Shown here piece after piece: positions 8,986 to 19,102 of a stretch of DNA of 64,000 bases. Where the stretch lies: the NCBI GenBank assembly GCA_963768055.1, contig CAVYGN010000002.1, positions 1,728,001 to 1,792,000 on the forward strand. Reading direction: 5' to 3'. A program made the position numbers and the translations under genes. Origin of the DNA: an uncultured Spirochaetota bacterium. GTDB lineage: Bacteria; Spirochaetota; Brevinematia; Brevinematales; JAOACQ01. Positions within the stretch are counted from its first letter, which is position 1. Every line of letters starts with the position of its first letter. The notes beneath the pieces were generated by a model. The model saw only the letters and a list, made by a program, of their open reading frames with translations, was not told the origin of the DNA and did no database searches.

Positions 8986-9113
8986 GATGACCCTCCTTAA
9001 TTTTTATAAAATATTTTATAACAAAACGATATTTAAGACTGCCAGAGGATCGCTGTACTCATCTACCGGGAGGAACAATCAAGTGTTAAATAACTCAATA
9101 TAAGTCTTAAATC

Positions 9114-10901
9114 CTAAAGATAATTAAGCAAGCTTATCTTAACCCATTCGTCAGGATAATATCCATAGTGAGCTTCAATAGTCTTATTTTTTAGATCTAA
9201 AAGAGATGTGCTCCCTTCGATCCTTTTAAAAGGCCTTCCTGACGGGTCATTATCCACAGGGTTATTACTAATATCAGCATAATTTTTGCAATCGCTGTCA
9301 TATGGATTATCGGGCTGAGGCGAGAGATAATCAATAAGGCTTTTAGCCTTTTTATAATCTATAACTCCCTTTGACAATTCATCGATGAAAAGACTGTTAA
9401 GTTTATCGTAACGCCATTGAACATCGTCGCTTTTCGGAATGTTCCCCGGATTGGTATTATTAACACCCGCGGACCACTCCCACATCATCGCCAATCTCAT
9501 TTCCGGTATGATGTAATTATTGGTTGTGAGGACATAATCACCGTTCGACTTTCTCATAGGACTAAAAAAATATGTCCTGGGACAGTTCTTTTCCTGAACA
9601 TTTTTATCTATATAACCGTTGTCGTCAAAAGCAGTTGCATTATAAGCAGCGGGAGATGGAGAATCGGGATATTTATTTTTATACCAGGACAAAAGCCCTT
9701 TGTTAAAAGAAAGATATTGCTTTTCATATTTATAGTCGTTCCAGCGAACCATAAGGCCGTTTTGCCAATCAGCGGTCTTATGCTCATTTAAAAACTCTGT
9801 GGAAGGGAGTTGAGCGGCTAATTCTTTATTACTGTTATGCGGATTCGGGTAGAACAGGAAATTGCTGTTTACCATAGATGAGCCGGCCTCGACAACGCAG
9901 GCCCTGTCATTGGCCCCGTCGCCTATCAGATAAATCCATGAAACTCCCCTGGGCAAACCTTCCATAATATCGACTGCGCTTTTTGCACTATCGGCAAATT
10001 GAACAGCGTATCTGACAAGAAGTAGAGAATTAATTCCTATGCTGTCAGGAGTGCAATTGCCTGAAGCAACGATCTGTACCCCGCAGGCGATTCCGAGACT
10101 GTTCATTGAAGTAGGGCTTCCCACAAACCCTGGTGCAGTCATATTGACCGTAGGAAGAGCCTTTAATCCGGAGGCTGAAGTCACGCCTATGAGGTTGTTG
10201 ATGATAAGACATGCTGTCTTCTGATATACCTGCGCAGTAGGAAACATAAAATCCCGACCCATGTAATGCCCGCTGCCTGCGGATTTCCCAAATACAGAAA
10301 AACCGTTGCACATCATAGGCATTTTAAAATGCTGCGGGCTTGTATTGGTTACCGGTTCGTTTAAACCAAGACTTAACCAGTCCCCCGTGTAAATGATGGA
10401 ACATAGAATATCATGTCCAAAGTTGAGCGCCAAAAGATTTTCTATCAAGACTTTCGTTTTCAGCCCTTTACTCTGCATAACATCCTGACATCCCTTCACA
10501 ATACCATTCATTTCTTCTCTAAGTTCCGGAGGCACAATGACATGATCATTTTTGGATAAGTTCTTTGCTATGTCAAGGATGATTCCGCCGAGCCAGTCTT
10601 CAAGAATCTTCACTATATCAGGTTCCTGCTGATCGTTTATAAACGATATGACTATACGATCGGCAAAATCAGTTGTCATTTCTGAAATTTCGGATTCAGC
10701 AAGGCATCCGAGCAGATAACCCATTTCGTAATGGCTTCCTTCTACGTAATAAGCCTTTTTAGGCTGACCATTTACACTGTTTTTTGCCGTATTATGTTCT
10801 GCCATCATCCCGATCCTTCCCTGATAGGATATAATATTCTCATCCCTCACGTTAAAATTATCTTTAGCAAAGGCAGCCTTCAGATCGTTTATGTTACCCA
10901 T
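9114..10901 (-). CDS. C45-family autoproteolytic Ntn hydrolase (acyltransferase/acid-ceramidase-like fold)
   Basis: EGSHYEMGY near the N-terminus, probable self-cleavage site MM/CNGF followed by GRDFMF, SMNSLGI; RBS AGGAGG. Confidence 0.75.
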   Translation of the reverse strand: MGNINDLKAAFAKDNFNVRDENIISYQGRIGMMAEHNTAKNSVNGQPKKAYYVEGSHYEMGYLLGCLAESEISEMTTDFADRIVISFINDQQEPDIVKILEDWLGGIILDIAKNLSKNDHVIVPPELREEMNGIVKGCQDVMQSKGLKTKVLIENLLALNFGHDILCSIIYTGDWLSLGLNEPVTNTSPQHFKMPMMCNGFSVFGKSAGSGHYMGRDFMFPTAQVYQKTACLIINNLIGVTSASGLKALPTVNMTAPGFVGSPTSMNSLGIACGVQIVASGNCTPDSIGINSLLLVRYAVQFADSAKSAVDIMEGLPRGVSWIYLIGDGANDRACVVEAGSSMVNSNFLFYPNPHNSNKELAAQLPSTEFLNEHKTADWQNGLMVRWNDYKYEKQYLSFNKGLLSWYKNKYPDSPSPAAYNATAFDDNGYIDKNVQEKNCPRTYFFSPMRKSNGDYVLTTNNYIIPEMRLAMMWEWSAGVNNTNPGNIPKSDDVQWRYDKLNSLFIDELSKGVIDYKKAKSLIDYLSPQPDNPYDSDCKNYADISNNPVDNDPSGRPFKRIEGSTSLLDLKNKTIEAHYGYYPDEWVKISLLNYL

Positions 10902-11209
10902 AAAAGTCCTCCTTTTCTATTTTATAATCAACAAAATAATATTGTCAATAAATAAATAATAATATTTTATTGCAAACTATGATTGTTGTCAAGGGTAAAA
11001 ACCAAATATTTTTTAAAGTGTATCTATAATTATTAAGTATAATATTAGCTGTGAATCTATAGTAATATATACAAAACAGTCAATGCCTCAAATCAAGATT
11101 AAAGTTTGAGCCCGTTCCCCGTGTCGTAAATTCGATGAACATGCGGTATGCATTTGAGGGCAATATAAGGTTAAATGAATAGCAAAATAATAACCCTCCC
11201 CGAATCCGG

Positions 11210-11467
11210 GTGATGAATTATTTATTCCAAAGGGAACTTTACAGAGTGGGGAATGCATTGCTCGAAAGGGGAGACCTCTCCGAAAATATTTCCTGCACGG
11301 GAAACCTCAAACTGAGGAATTCCGTGGTTGTTAATTTCAAGATATCCGGTACAGTGGCTGAGGTGATAGCCGATTTCAATCAAAAAATCAGGAAAGGACA
11401 GCCGCTGGCTTCCCTGGATTCCTTTCAGCACTACTCAGAAAATTCACCGTTTTACGGTCGTAAGTGA
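11210..11467 (+). pseudogene. Fragment of an RND/ABC periplasmic adaptor (HlyD/MacA family)
   Basis: LERGDLSENISCTGNL...VVNFKISGTVAEVIADFNQKIRKGQPLASLD matches the first lipoyl-like half only; no signal anchor or continuation. Confidence 0.65.
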
Positions 11468-11566
11468 TTAAAAACCTTAAACATTGACGGGAAAATCCAT
11501 GAAAATCAGGAATATTTCTGTTTTAACAAGCTATTGTAAAAATATTTCCTTTCCTCTTTAACACTA

Positions 11567-11595
11567 TTGACAATTTGCCAATCGGATATTAAAAT
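11567..11595 (+). promoter_or_regulatory. Putative sigma70 promoter of the chemosensory operon
   Basis: TTGACA (11567), 17 bp spacer, TAAAAT (11590), upstream of the Cache gene. Confidence 0.55.
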
Positions 11596-11750
11596 ATTTG
11601 CAGAATTTTTTTGCTTGTTTTACTGTAACATTTTTTTGATTAAAGTCATTACTCTCCGAAATTTAATAATTGTTTTCCATTACCGGCATATTGATTCTTT
11701 TTTGTGGGCGATTCAATATTCTAGTGTGCATGTTATTTAAGGAGATATTT

Positions 11751-12215
11751 ATGAATAAATTGTCATTGTTAATCACAGGTTTGCTTTTTATCTTCTCTTT
11801 GGTTTACAGTCAGGAAATAAAGAGCGCGGACAGGTACTCGGAAGCAGTCAATTTTGTCAACAAAGGCTTGGATTATATTAAAACCCGCGGGAATGATGAG
11901 GCCTTTACCGAATTCAGCAATCCCAGGGGAAAGTTTTCAAGCAAAAGGCTTTATCTTTTCGTAGTGGATTTCAAAGGAATGGTTCTTGCGCATGGAGCCA
12001 ACACAAACTTTATTGGCAAAAACCAGCTTGATTTGATGGATGCGGATGGAAAATATTTCATAAGGGAATTTATCAATATCGCTTCAAATAAAGGAGCGGG
12101 CTGGGTATCTTATAAATGGTCTAATCCCGCCACGAAGAAAATCCAGAACAAAACGACATATATAAAAAAAATAGATAGTATGGATGCATTCCTGGGATGC
12201 GGTGTTTACAAATAA
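11751..12215 (+). CDS. Stand-alone exported single-Cache (sCache_2) ligand-binding protein
   Basis: RBS AAGGAG before ATG 11751; signal peptide; YLFVVDFKGMVLAH, GKNQLDLMDADGK, GWVSYKWSNP, GCGVY. Confidence 0.85.
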   Translation: MNKLSLLITGLLFIFSLVYSQEIKSADRYSEAVNFVNKGLDYIKTRGNDEAFTEFSNPRGKFSSKRLYLFVVDFKGMVLAHGANTNFIGKNQLDLMDADGKYFIREFINIASNKGAGWVSYKWSNPATKKIQNKTTYIKKIDSMDAFLGCGVYK

Positions 12216-12251
12216 AACTTAATTCATCATTGTTCGTCAAATTTAAAACAG

Positions 12252-13910
12252 ATGGAGTATTATGAGATGAAAAATACTATAAGTAATTTTAAAATAATGA
12301 CCAAGTTGATGATTTTGCTTGTAATATCCCTGATTTTTTTAATAATACTGGGTATTTCATTCTTTATCCAGCTGACCCTTCAGGAAAACAGGACTGTAGA
12401 AATTTATAGCAACAGGCTAAATAATTATATGACATACTCTGAAATTCACAATGATATAATGGAAGTTCAAACCAGCCTTTTTCAAATGATCACATGGGTT
12501 AACGCAAATTACCAAACTGCAAGAATAAAGGAAATCGGAGACAAGCAGAAAGTGAACATTAAGAATGTCGAAACGATCATCGGGGATTTTCTGAAATCCG
12601 GGAAATCTTCTTCTGAAGAAAAACAGCTCTATGGGGATCTGTTTAAGAATTTCGAGGATTATGAAGACTGGGCTTTAAGGGTTATTGATATGGTCGGGGT
12701 GGACTCGGCCATAGCAACAATGCAGATGGGAACGGTTAATAATAAATTTTCTCTTCTTAAGGAAACGGTAGAAAAATTGCAGTCTCTTGAAAACAAAATA
12801 AGCAAAGCTAAATATTCTTCTTCGATTCAGCAGTCCCTATCGGTCTTAATCGCAATTATGTTAATTTTTATCATAACATTGATCGCCGTTTCACTTTATA
12901 TAAGCAGATCGATTACCGAACCGCTGAAAAATGTTGTTAATATTATAAAAGGCATAGTACAGTATGATTTTACAAAAAAAGTTCAAATAATTTCGAATGA
13001 TGAGATTGGAGAAATGGCCAATTGTTTTAATTTACTTGAAGAGCAGATAAAGGACCTCCTTATAAAAATAAAGAGCTCGTCAAAGGTTTTATTGAATTCG
13101 ATCCAGGGGCTTTCAGTCTCTTCTGATGAAATATTCGCTACCGCGGAATTGCAGGCAACATCAGTCAAAGAAATCGTAACGACAATGGAAGATTCGAATG
13201 TTATCAGCAATGAAATGTCTAAATCGATCAACGAAGTGGTGAAAATTGCCATGCAGACAAAAAACAATGTTGAAACCGGCGTTTCTTATGTAAAAAACAG
13301 CCTCTCCAAGATGGAGGAAATTAAAAATAAAAATATGGATACCATCAACGGTATCAAACAGCTTGGTGAAAAAATAGAGAATATATGGGACATCGTCAAC
13401 ATTATCAACGGCATAGTAAACCAGACAAAAATATTAGCCTTCAATGCTGCCCTTGAAGCTTCTTCGGCAAGCGAAGGAGGCAAGAATTTCCAGATTGTGG
13501 CGAGCGAGATCAAGCGTCTTGCCGATAACACTATGGTTTCCACCAAGGAAATAAAAGAGAAAATAAATGAAATCCAGAGTTCTTCCAACAATTTAATCAT
13601 TATTTCGGAAGACGGAACTGAAAGAATACGGGAAGGCTGGGAATTATCACAGAAGCTGGAAGATATTTTCGAAAATATTTTAAGATCGGCCGAAATTTCA
13701 GCGGAATCTTCGGAGGACATTGAATTATCCATCAAGCAGCAAACCTCTGCTTTTCAACAGATTCTCCTGACCCTTAAAGAAATATCCAAAGGAGTGGAGA
13801 ATTTCGTAGTTTCTACGAAACAAACAAGCGATACGACGGAAACACTTAAAAGCATGGCGGACAGTTTAAATAAAACAATCGAGAAGTATACTCTTGAATA
13901 CAGAATTTAA
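12252..13910 (+). CDS. Methyl-accepting chemotaxis protein (2 TM, four-helix-bundle sensor, HAMP)
   Basis: TM-sensor-TM-HAMP (DEIGEMA) layout; signalling hairpin QTKILAFNAALEA...GKNFQIVASEIKRLAD. Confidence 0.92.
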   Translation: MEYYEMKNTISNFKIMTKLMILLVISLIFLIILGISFFIQLTLQENRTVEIYSNRLNNYMTYSEIHNDIMEVQTSLFQMITWVNANYQTARIKEIGDKQKVNIKNVETIIGDFLKSGKSSSEEKQLYGDLFKNFEDYEDWALRVIDMVGVDSAIATMQMGTVNNKFSLLKETVEKLQSLENKISKAKYSSSIQQSLSVLIAIMLIFIITLIAVSLYISRSITEPLKNVVNIIKGIVQYDFTKKVQIISNDEIGEMANCFNLLEEQIKDLLIKIKSSSKVLLNSIQGLSVSSDEIFATAELQATSVKEIVTTMEDSNVISNEMSKSINEVVKIAMQTKNNVETGVSYVKNSLSKMEEIKNKNMDTINGIKQLGEKIENIWDIVNIINGIVNQTKILAFNAALEASSASEGGKNFQIVASEIKRLADNTMVSTKEIKEKINEIQSSSNNLIIISEDGTERIREGWELSQKLEDIFENILRSAEISAESSEDIELSIKQQTSAFQQILLTLKEISKGVENFVVSTKQTSDTTETLKSMADSLNKTIEKYTLEYRI

Positions 13911-13928
13911 GATGCATCGGGGGATAAA

Positions 13929-15650
13929 ATGTTAGCGAAAAAAGACCTGAGAAACATCAAATTCAAAATAGTACTGACGATATTTTTATCGAATTTCTTT
14001 GTCTTGGCATCCAGCAAATTCCATGATGCCATTTTCAGCAATTATTTCGATTCAATTAACGCAGGTTTATTGATCAGATTTCTCAATATCTTTGATCCAC
14101 TTGTCTTTTCAGTTTTTATAGTGATGGCCGTTTTTACCAGCATAGTTATTTTGAAATTTTTAAGCAATCTGTTTATTTACCTTGAAAAAAATACGGATTA
14201 CGACAAGGCGAGAACTTCGACAGTCAGCATTCCATGGATCATCCTTGTGGTTCAAACGATCTTCTGGGCGTTAGGGGCTACGGGATATTATATGATCAAC
14301 AACTGGCAGGCCGATAACGGCCAGCCTTATTGCTGGGAATTGTTGCTCAAAGTCAGCACCGGCATAGTCGGCTCGCTTTATACTTCTCTCGTGATAAACA
14401 TCATTCTGATGAAACCGAAAACATTGCTTGGCATGACAGATATCCGCGAAGGGGAAAACGACCTATTTGCAAGAATCAAAGATTACTTGATAATTTTCAG
14501 CCTCGCTTTTTATCTTGTTATCAATTTTTCCCTGCATGCTTATTACAGCATGAATGCAGGAAAAGCCTATGAAGGGGCTTTCATTACCGAAACGGTCATT
14601 TCCGGTGTATTTTTTATTGCGGTCTGTTATGGGCTTATAATTCTCTCAAAGAAGGAGTATTTTTACCAGGTTAAATTTTTAAAACAGAAACTCGAGGCAT
14701 TCTCGTCCGGCAGATTAGACCTTTCCAAAAGAATCTTCCTTATCAATTTCGATGAGATAGGTGAACTGGCAGTAAATGTAAATAAAGTTATCGGGAATAT
14801 CGAGGACCTCATAGGAAACGTGGAAAAGTCGACCAGGGAGCTTCATAAATCGACTCAGAATTTATCCGTTTCGACTAAAGAAATATCCGCGACGTCAACC
14901 CAGCAGGCTGCTTCTGTAAAGGAAATAGTTTCTACAATGGAAGACACCGACCAGCTTTCAAAACAGGTATTGAAATCGATAGGAGAAGTGGTAAAAAATG
15001 TTACGGCAACCAAATACAATGTGGAAATAGGCGTGTCTATCGTTAAAAACAGCCAGAGTAAAATGTACGAAATAAAGGACAAGAATAATGAAACCCTTGC
15101 GGGTATCAAATCCCTGGTGGATAAAATTGAAAACATCTGGGATATAGTGACTATAATTAACGGCATTGTTGAACAGACGAGGATCATTGCTTTTAACGCG
15201 GCCCTTGAAGCTATCTCAGCCGGAGATGCCGGTAAGAACTTCCAGATCGTGGCTAATGAAATTAAACGACTTGCGGATAATACGATATTGTCAACCCAGG
15301 AAATAAAAACAAAAATCAATGAAATACAGCATTCTTCAAATGATCTGATCGTGGTTTCGGAAAATGAAACAGAAAAAATCAACGACGGATGGGAGTTGTC
15401 TCACAGGCTGGAGGAAGTGTTCAATAATATTTTGAATTCCGCAGAAGTTTCGTCTTCAACATCGGGGAATATCGAACTTTCCACAAAACAGCAGGTTTCG
15501 GCCTTCGACCAGATTCTGCTGACGCTCAAAGAAATTTCTAAAGGGATAGAAAATTTTGTTATTTCTACAAGGCAGACCAGCGAAACTACGGAGACCCTTA
15601 AGAATATGGCCGACAGCCTTAATGAAATCATAGAAAAGTATAAGGTTTAA
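13929..15650 (+). CDS. Methyl-accepting chemotaxis protein with multi-TM integral-membrane input
   Basis: About six hydrophobic segments, DEIGEL HAMP, QTRIIAFNAALEA...GKNFQIVANEIKRLAD. Confidence 0.92.
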   Translation: MLAKKDLRNIKFKIVLTIFLSNFFVLASSKFHDAIFSNYFDSINAGLLIRFLNIFDPLVFSVFIVMAVFTSIVILKFLSNLFIYLEKNTDYDKARTSTVSIPWIILVVQTIFWALGATGYYMINNWQADNGQPYCWELLLKVSTGIVGSLYTSLVINIILMKPKTLLGMTDIREGENDLFARIKDYLIIFSLAFYLVINFSLHAYYSMNAGKAYEGAFITETVISGVFFIAVCYGLIILSKKEYFYQVKFLKQKLEAFSSGRLDLSKRIFLINFDEIGELAVNVNKVIGNIEDLIGNVEKSTRELHKSTQNLSVSTKEISATSTQQAASVKEIVSTMEDTDQLSKQVLKSIGEVVKNVTATKYNVEIGVSIVKNSQSKMYEIKDKNNETLAGIKSLVDKIENIWDIVTIINGIVEQTRIIAFNAALEAISAGDAGKNFQIVANEIKRLADNTILSTQEIKTKINEIQHSSNDLIVVSENETEKINDGWELSHRLEEVFNNILNSAEVSSSTSGNIELSTKQQVSAFDQILLTLKEISKGIENFVISTRQTSETTETLKNMADSLNEIIEKYKV

Positions 15651-15675
15651 TAATACGGTCTTGGCAGGATATTAT

Positions 15676-16188
15676 ATGAAAAACGGTAAAATAATGGATA
15701 ATGAGGAAATAATCCGGAATATTAAGGAAAACAAGGCGGCGTTTCCTGAAAAAATAGATCCTGGCGAACCCTTTCAAAAATATCTCGTTTTCAGCATCGA
15801 AAGCGGCAAAGTTTCTTTTAAAGCCGAATTGGTCAAAGAGATCGTATTAAACACCTCGGTTTATTTCATACCCTTCTGCCCGCCGTTTATAAGCGGCCTT
15901 ATCAACAGGCATGGGGAACCTTACACCGTTATCGATTTGAATGTGCTGCTTGAAAATCAAAAGCAGGAAACTAATAAATTTATAATTATGAATTTAAAAG
16001 ACGACCATATCGCCTTCAGTATTAAAGATATTCTTGAAATTGCAGATATTCCTCAGAGTGCGATTTTTAAAGCCGATTTACAGAAAAAAGAAAATGAATT
16101 TGTCCAGGGTTTCATTGATTACAATAACGAGAAGGTTTTTATTATCGATCTTGATAAAATTAATGAAAGGCTTGCAAATGAACTCTAA
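15676..16188 (+). CDS. cheW: CheW coupling protein
   Basis: IPFCPPFISGLINRHGEPYTVIDL; operon context; ATG at 15676 (ORF track starts at TTG 15661). Confidence 0.85.
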   Translation: MKNGKIMDNEEIIRNIKENKAAFPEKIDPGEPFQKYLVFSIESGKVSFKAELVKEIVLNTSVYFIPFCPPFISGLINRHGEPYTVIDLNVLLENQKQETNKFIIMNLKDDHIAFSIKDILEIADIPQSAIFKADLQKKENEFVQGFIDYNNEKVFIIDLDKINERLANEL

Positions 16189-16687
16189 TTTAAGTTATGA
16201 GTTCCTGCTTCTTCACTATCCGAACATCGATTTTTTAATAAGCAGCAGTGAAATACAGGAAACCCTGTATATAAGAAATTTCCGGGAGATACAAGGCAAA
16301 AACAAATATTTCGCTGGAATTGCGGAATATAAAAAAGGGAATATCCTTATAGCCGATTTTCAAAACTATTTAAATAAGACATTCAAATTAATCGTTAAAT
16401 CGGATTTTCATGTTGCGATAGTTTATAATGCCGGAAGTTCCGGTTTATTTAAAGATATTGCAGGCGAATTCTCAGGATGGGATGGTAGTAGCATCGGTTT
16501 GATCGTGACAAATAGTTTCGAGCTTAAAGAAATTCCTCTTGGCGAAATTAAATTGATCCCGGAGTCGATAAGGAAGAAAAATTTCGAACATGGAATTCTC
16601 GGGGTTAGATTTTTAGATGATAAAAAAAATCAATACTATCTTGATATGAAGAATACAATTAAAAACTTAATTCAGGGGGTTAATTAG
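16178..16687 (+). CDS. Second, divergent CheW-like protein
   Basis: YFAGIAEYKKGNILIADF resembles the CheW core; lies between cheW and cheB; ATG 16178 overlaps the cheW end. Confidence 0.55.
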   Translation: MNSNLSYEFLLLHYPNIDFLISSSEIQETLYIRNFREIQGKNKYFAGIAEYKKGNILIADFQNYLNKTFKLIVKSDFHVAIVYNAGSSGLFKDIAGEFSGWDGSSIGLIVTNSFELKEIPLGEIKLIPESIRKKNFEHGILGVRFLDDKKNQYYLDMKNTIKNLIQGVN

Positions 16688-17710
16688 ATGAAATTGCTGA
16701 TCGCTGACGATTCCGCCCTGGTGAGAAACATCCTTAAAGACGTTGTAAAGGAAAGCAAGGACATTATTGTGGCCGGCGAAGCTACAAATGGCAAAGAGGC
16801 TGTAAGAAAAAACATCGAGCTTTCCCCGGATCTGATAATCATGGATATCGATATGCCGATTATGGACGGAATCGAAGCGGCAAGGACTATCATGGAAGAA
16901 AAACCCGTTCCTATACTGATATTTTCAAGAAATGCCGATTCGAACAATTTCATAGCAATGAAATACGGAGTAGTCGATTGCATGCAGAAGCCTGAATTCA
17001 GTTTGTTTAACGACAGCGAATATAATAAAAATTTTATCAATAAACTGCTTGCATTATCAAAAATAAAGGTTAATGCATACAGGGTCGGAGAACCCTATAG
17101 AAATCAAATATCTGTTGACCATGGCCGGCAGTATAATATGATCGTAATGGGCGCATCTACAGGCGGGCCGACAGCCGTCTCAAAGATTTTAAGCGGGCTG
17201 CCTAAAGATCTCCCGGTCGGAATAGTACTCGTGCAGCATATTGAAACGGGTTTCGATAAAGGGTACGCCGAGTGGCTTGCCTCAGAATCCGGATTGAAGA
17301 TTAGATTAGCCTGTGATAACGATATCCCGTCCGCAGGAGAAGTCCTCGTAGCTCCAACAGATAAACACCTGATTTTCAGGAATGGGCTGCTTTTTCTGGA
17401 TGACGGGCAAAAAGTGCTGAATCAAAAACCCAGCGTCGATATTTTGTTCGGCTCGGCGGCGGACAGCTACGGAGATAAATTAATAAGCGTCTTGCTTACC
17501 GGAATGGGAACTGACGGGGCCAATGGAAGTGTAAAAATCAAGGGAAAAGGCGGATATTCGATCATTCAGGACGAAAGCACATCGATGATATTCGGTATGC
17601 CAAGGGCTGCTATTGAAAAAGGAGGGGCTTCAATAATTCTTCCATTGGATCAGATTTCAGGCGTTATCTTAAAGTTGATTAACTTTGACAGGAGAGCCAG
17701 CGCAAGATGA
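16688..17710 (+). CDS. cheB: Chemotaxis methylesterase CheB (REC + esterase)
   Basis: REC N-terminus; GASTGGP, VQHI, KPSVD, LLTGMGTDGA, GMPRAA. Confidence 0.95.
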   Translation: MKLLIADDSALVRNILKDVVKESKDIIVAGEATNGKEAVRKNIELSPDLIIMDIDMPIMDGIEAARTIMEEKPVPILIFSRNADSNNFIAMKYGVVDCMQKPEFSLFNDSEYNKNFINKLLALSKIKVNAYRVGEPYRNQISVDHGRQYNMIVMGASTGGPTAVSKILSGLPKDLPVGIVLVQHIETGFDKGYAEWLASESGLKIRLACDNDIPSAGEVLVAPTDKHLIFRNGLLFLDDGQKVLNQKPSVDILFGSAADSYGDKLISVLLTGMGTDGANGSVKIKGKGGYSIIQDESTSMIFGMPRAAIEKGGASIILPLDQISGVILKLINFDRRASAR

Positions 17711-19101
17711 AAGACAGCAAAACGAAGGATCAGGTTTTAATAAAAATTTTGAACCTGATCGAATTGCGCTTCGGATCGATCTTTCCCGAGGTACATTTCG
17801 ATATTATACAAAAAGCCGTCCGCGACAGGTCCGTATCATTGAATATGGCCCCAGAAGATTATTATTCATTCGCATATTCAAGTACCGAAGAATCGAAACT
17901 ATTATTCAATCTTGTTACCATCAATGAAACATATTTTTTCAGGGAGGAGAAGCATTATTATGCCCTGATACAAAACGTTTTTCCCGTCATAAGCAAAACA
18001 TCCGGTATAATCAATTTATGGTCGGTAACTTGTTCCACAGGAGAGGAGGCCATCTCAATGGCTGTGACGGCGGAAGAATTCTTCGGCGGCACGGATAAGA
18101 AATTTCGGATTTTTGCTACCGATATCAATACTCTTTCTTTGAATGTTTTAAGGAAAGGAGAATATTCAAATAATTCTTTTAGAAATGACGGCTCCTCCTT
18201 CCATGATATATTTCGAAAATACTGCACAAAGACAGGCGATACCTGGAAAGTCGGGAGCGCAATAAATGAAAAAATAGAAATCATCCCGTACAATCTTCTC
18301 CAGGACGATTTTGCCGATATACCTGATTGCAGCGTCCACACGGCTTTTTTCAGAAACACAATGATATATATGAAGAATGAATTGAAACAGAATGTCCTGG
18401 AAAATGTGCTGAAAAAGATCGTTCCCGGGGGTTTTTTGTTTCTTTCATCTGCGGAGATCCCCTCTATTTGTTCAAGCGGGTTGAAAATAATAGAGAATAA
18501 TGGAATCTATTATTTTCAAAAGTTAGAGAACGATAAGACCTATAATTCGCCTCCGGACTACATCGGACCGGAAGTTCTTCCCGATAACGGCCTACTTGAA
18601 TTGGATAAAGTCCTGGAATTATGCGGCCAATTTGTGGAATTCGGCGTTAACGGCGATTCCGGCGCTGAATGCGTCAGATATCAGGAGATCAGCAGCCTGA
18701 TATTAGAAATAATTTTTTTAATAAATAAAAATCAATTGTTAAAAGCAAGGGAATCCCTGGAGAAGCTGGAAAAAAGCTTTTCTTCAAACTACCTGACGCT
18801 GTATCTTTACGGATTGATAGAAATGCATAGCATGAATATGCGCAGGGCTGCAAACAATTTTGAAAAATCCATTTCAATGAACAATTGTTTCTGGCCTGCG
18901 CATTTTTACCTGGCAAGCATATCAAATCGGATAAATCCCGGCAAGGCTTTAATGGAATATAATATCTGCATGGATCTATTAAAACAGAATTCGAAAAGCC
19001 TGAAAAGGCATTACAATTTTTTAATCGAGAATTTTGACGAGATGTATTTTTATAAAATGTGTGAAAAGTGGATCAATAAATTGAAAGGCGTTGGGGTTTA
19101 A
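17707..19101 (+). CDS. cheR: CheR methyltransferase with C-terminal TPR region (WspC-like)
   Basis: TINETYFFRE, WSVTCSTGEE, ATDIN, FFRNTMIY; helical TPR-like C-terminus. Confidence 0.9.
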   Translation: MKDSKTKDQVLIKILNLIELRFGSIFPEVHFDIIQKAVRDRSVSLNMAPEDYYSFAYSSTEESKLLFNLVTINETYFFREEKHYYALIQNVFPVISKTSGIINLWSVTCSTGEEAISMAVTAEEFFGGTDKKFRIFATDINTLSLNVLRKGEYSNNSFRNDGSSFHDIFRKYCTKTGDTWKVGSAINEKIEIIPYNLLQDDFADIPDCSVHTAFFRNTMIYMKNELKQNVLENVLKKIVPGGFLFLSSAEIPSICSSGLKIIENNGIYYFQKLENDKTYNSPPDYIGPEVLPDNGLLELDKVLELCGQFVEFGVNGDSGAECVRYQEISSLILEIIFLINKNQLLKARESLEKLEKSFSSNYLTLYLYGLIEMHSMNMRRAANNFEKSISMNNCFWPAHFYLASISNRINPGKALMEYNICMDLLKQNSKSLKRHYNFLIENFDEMYFYKMCEKWINKLKGVGV

Positions 19102-19102
19102 A

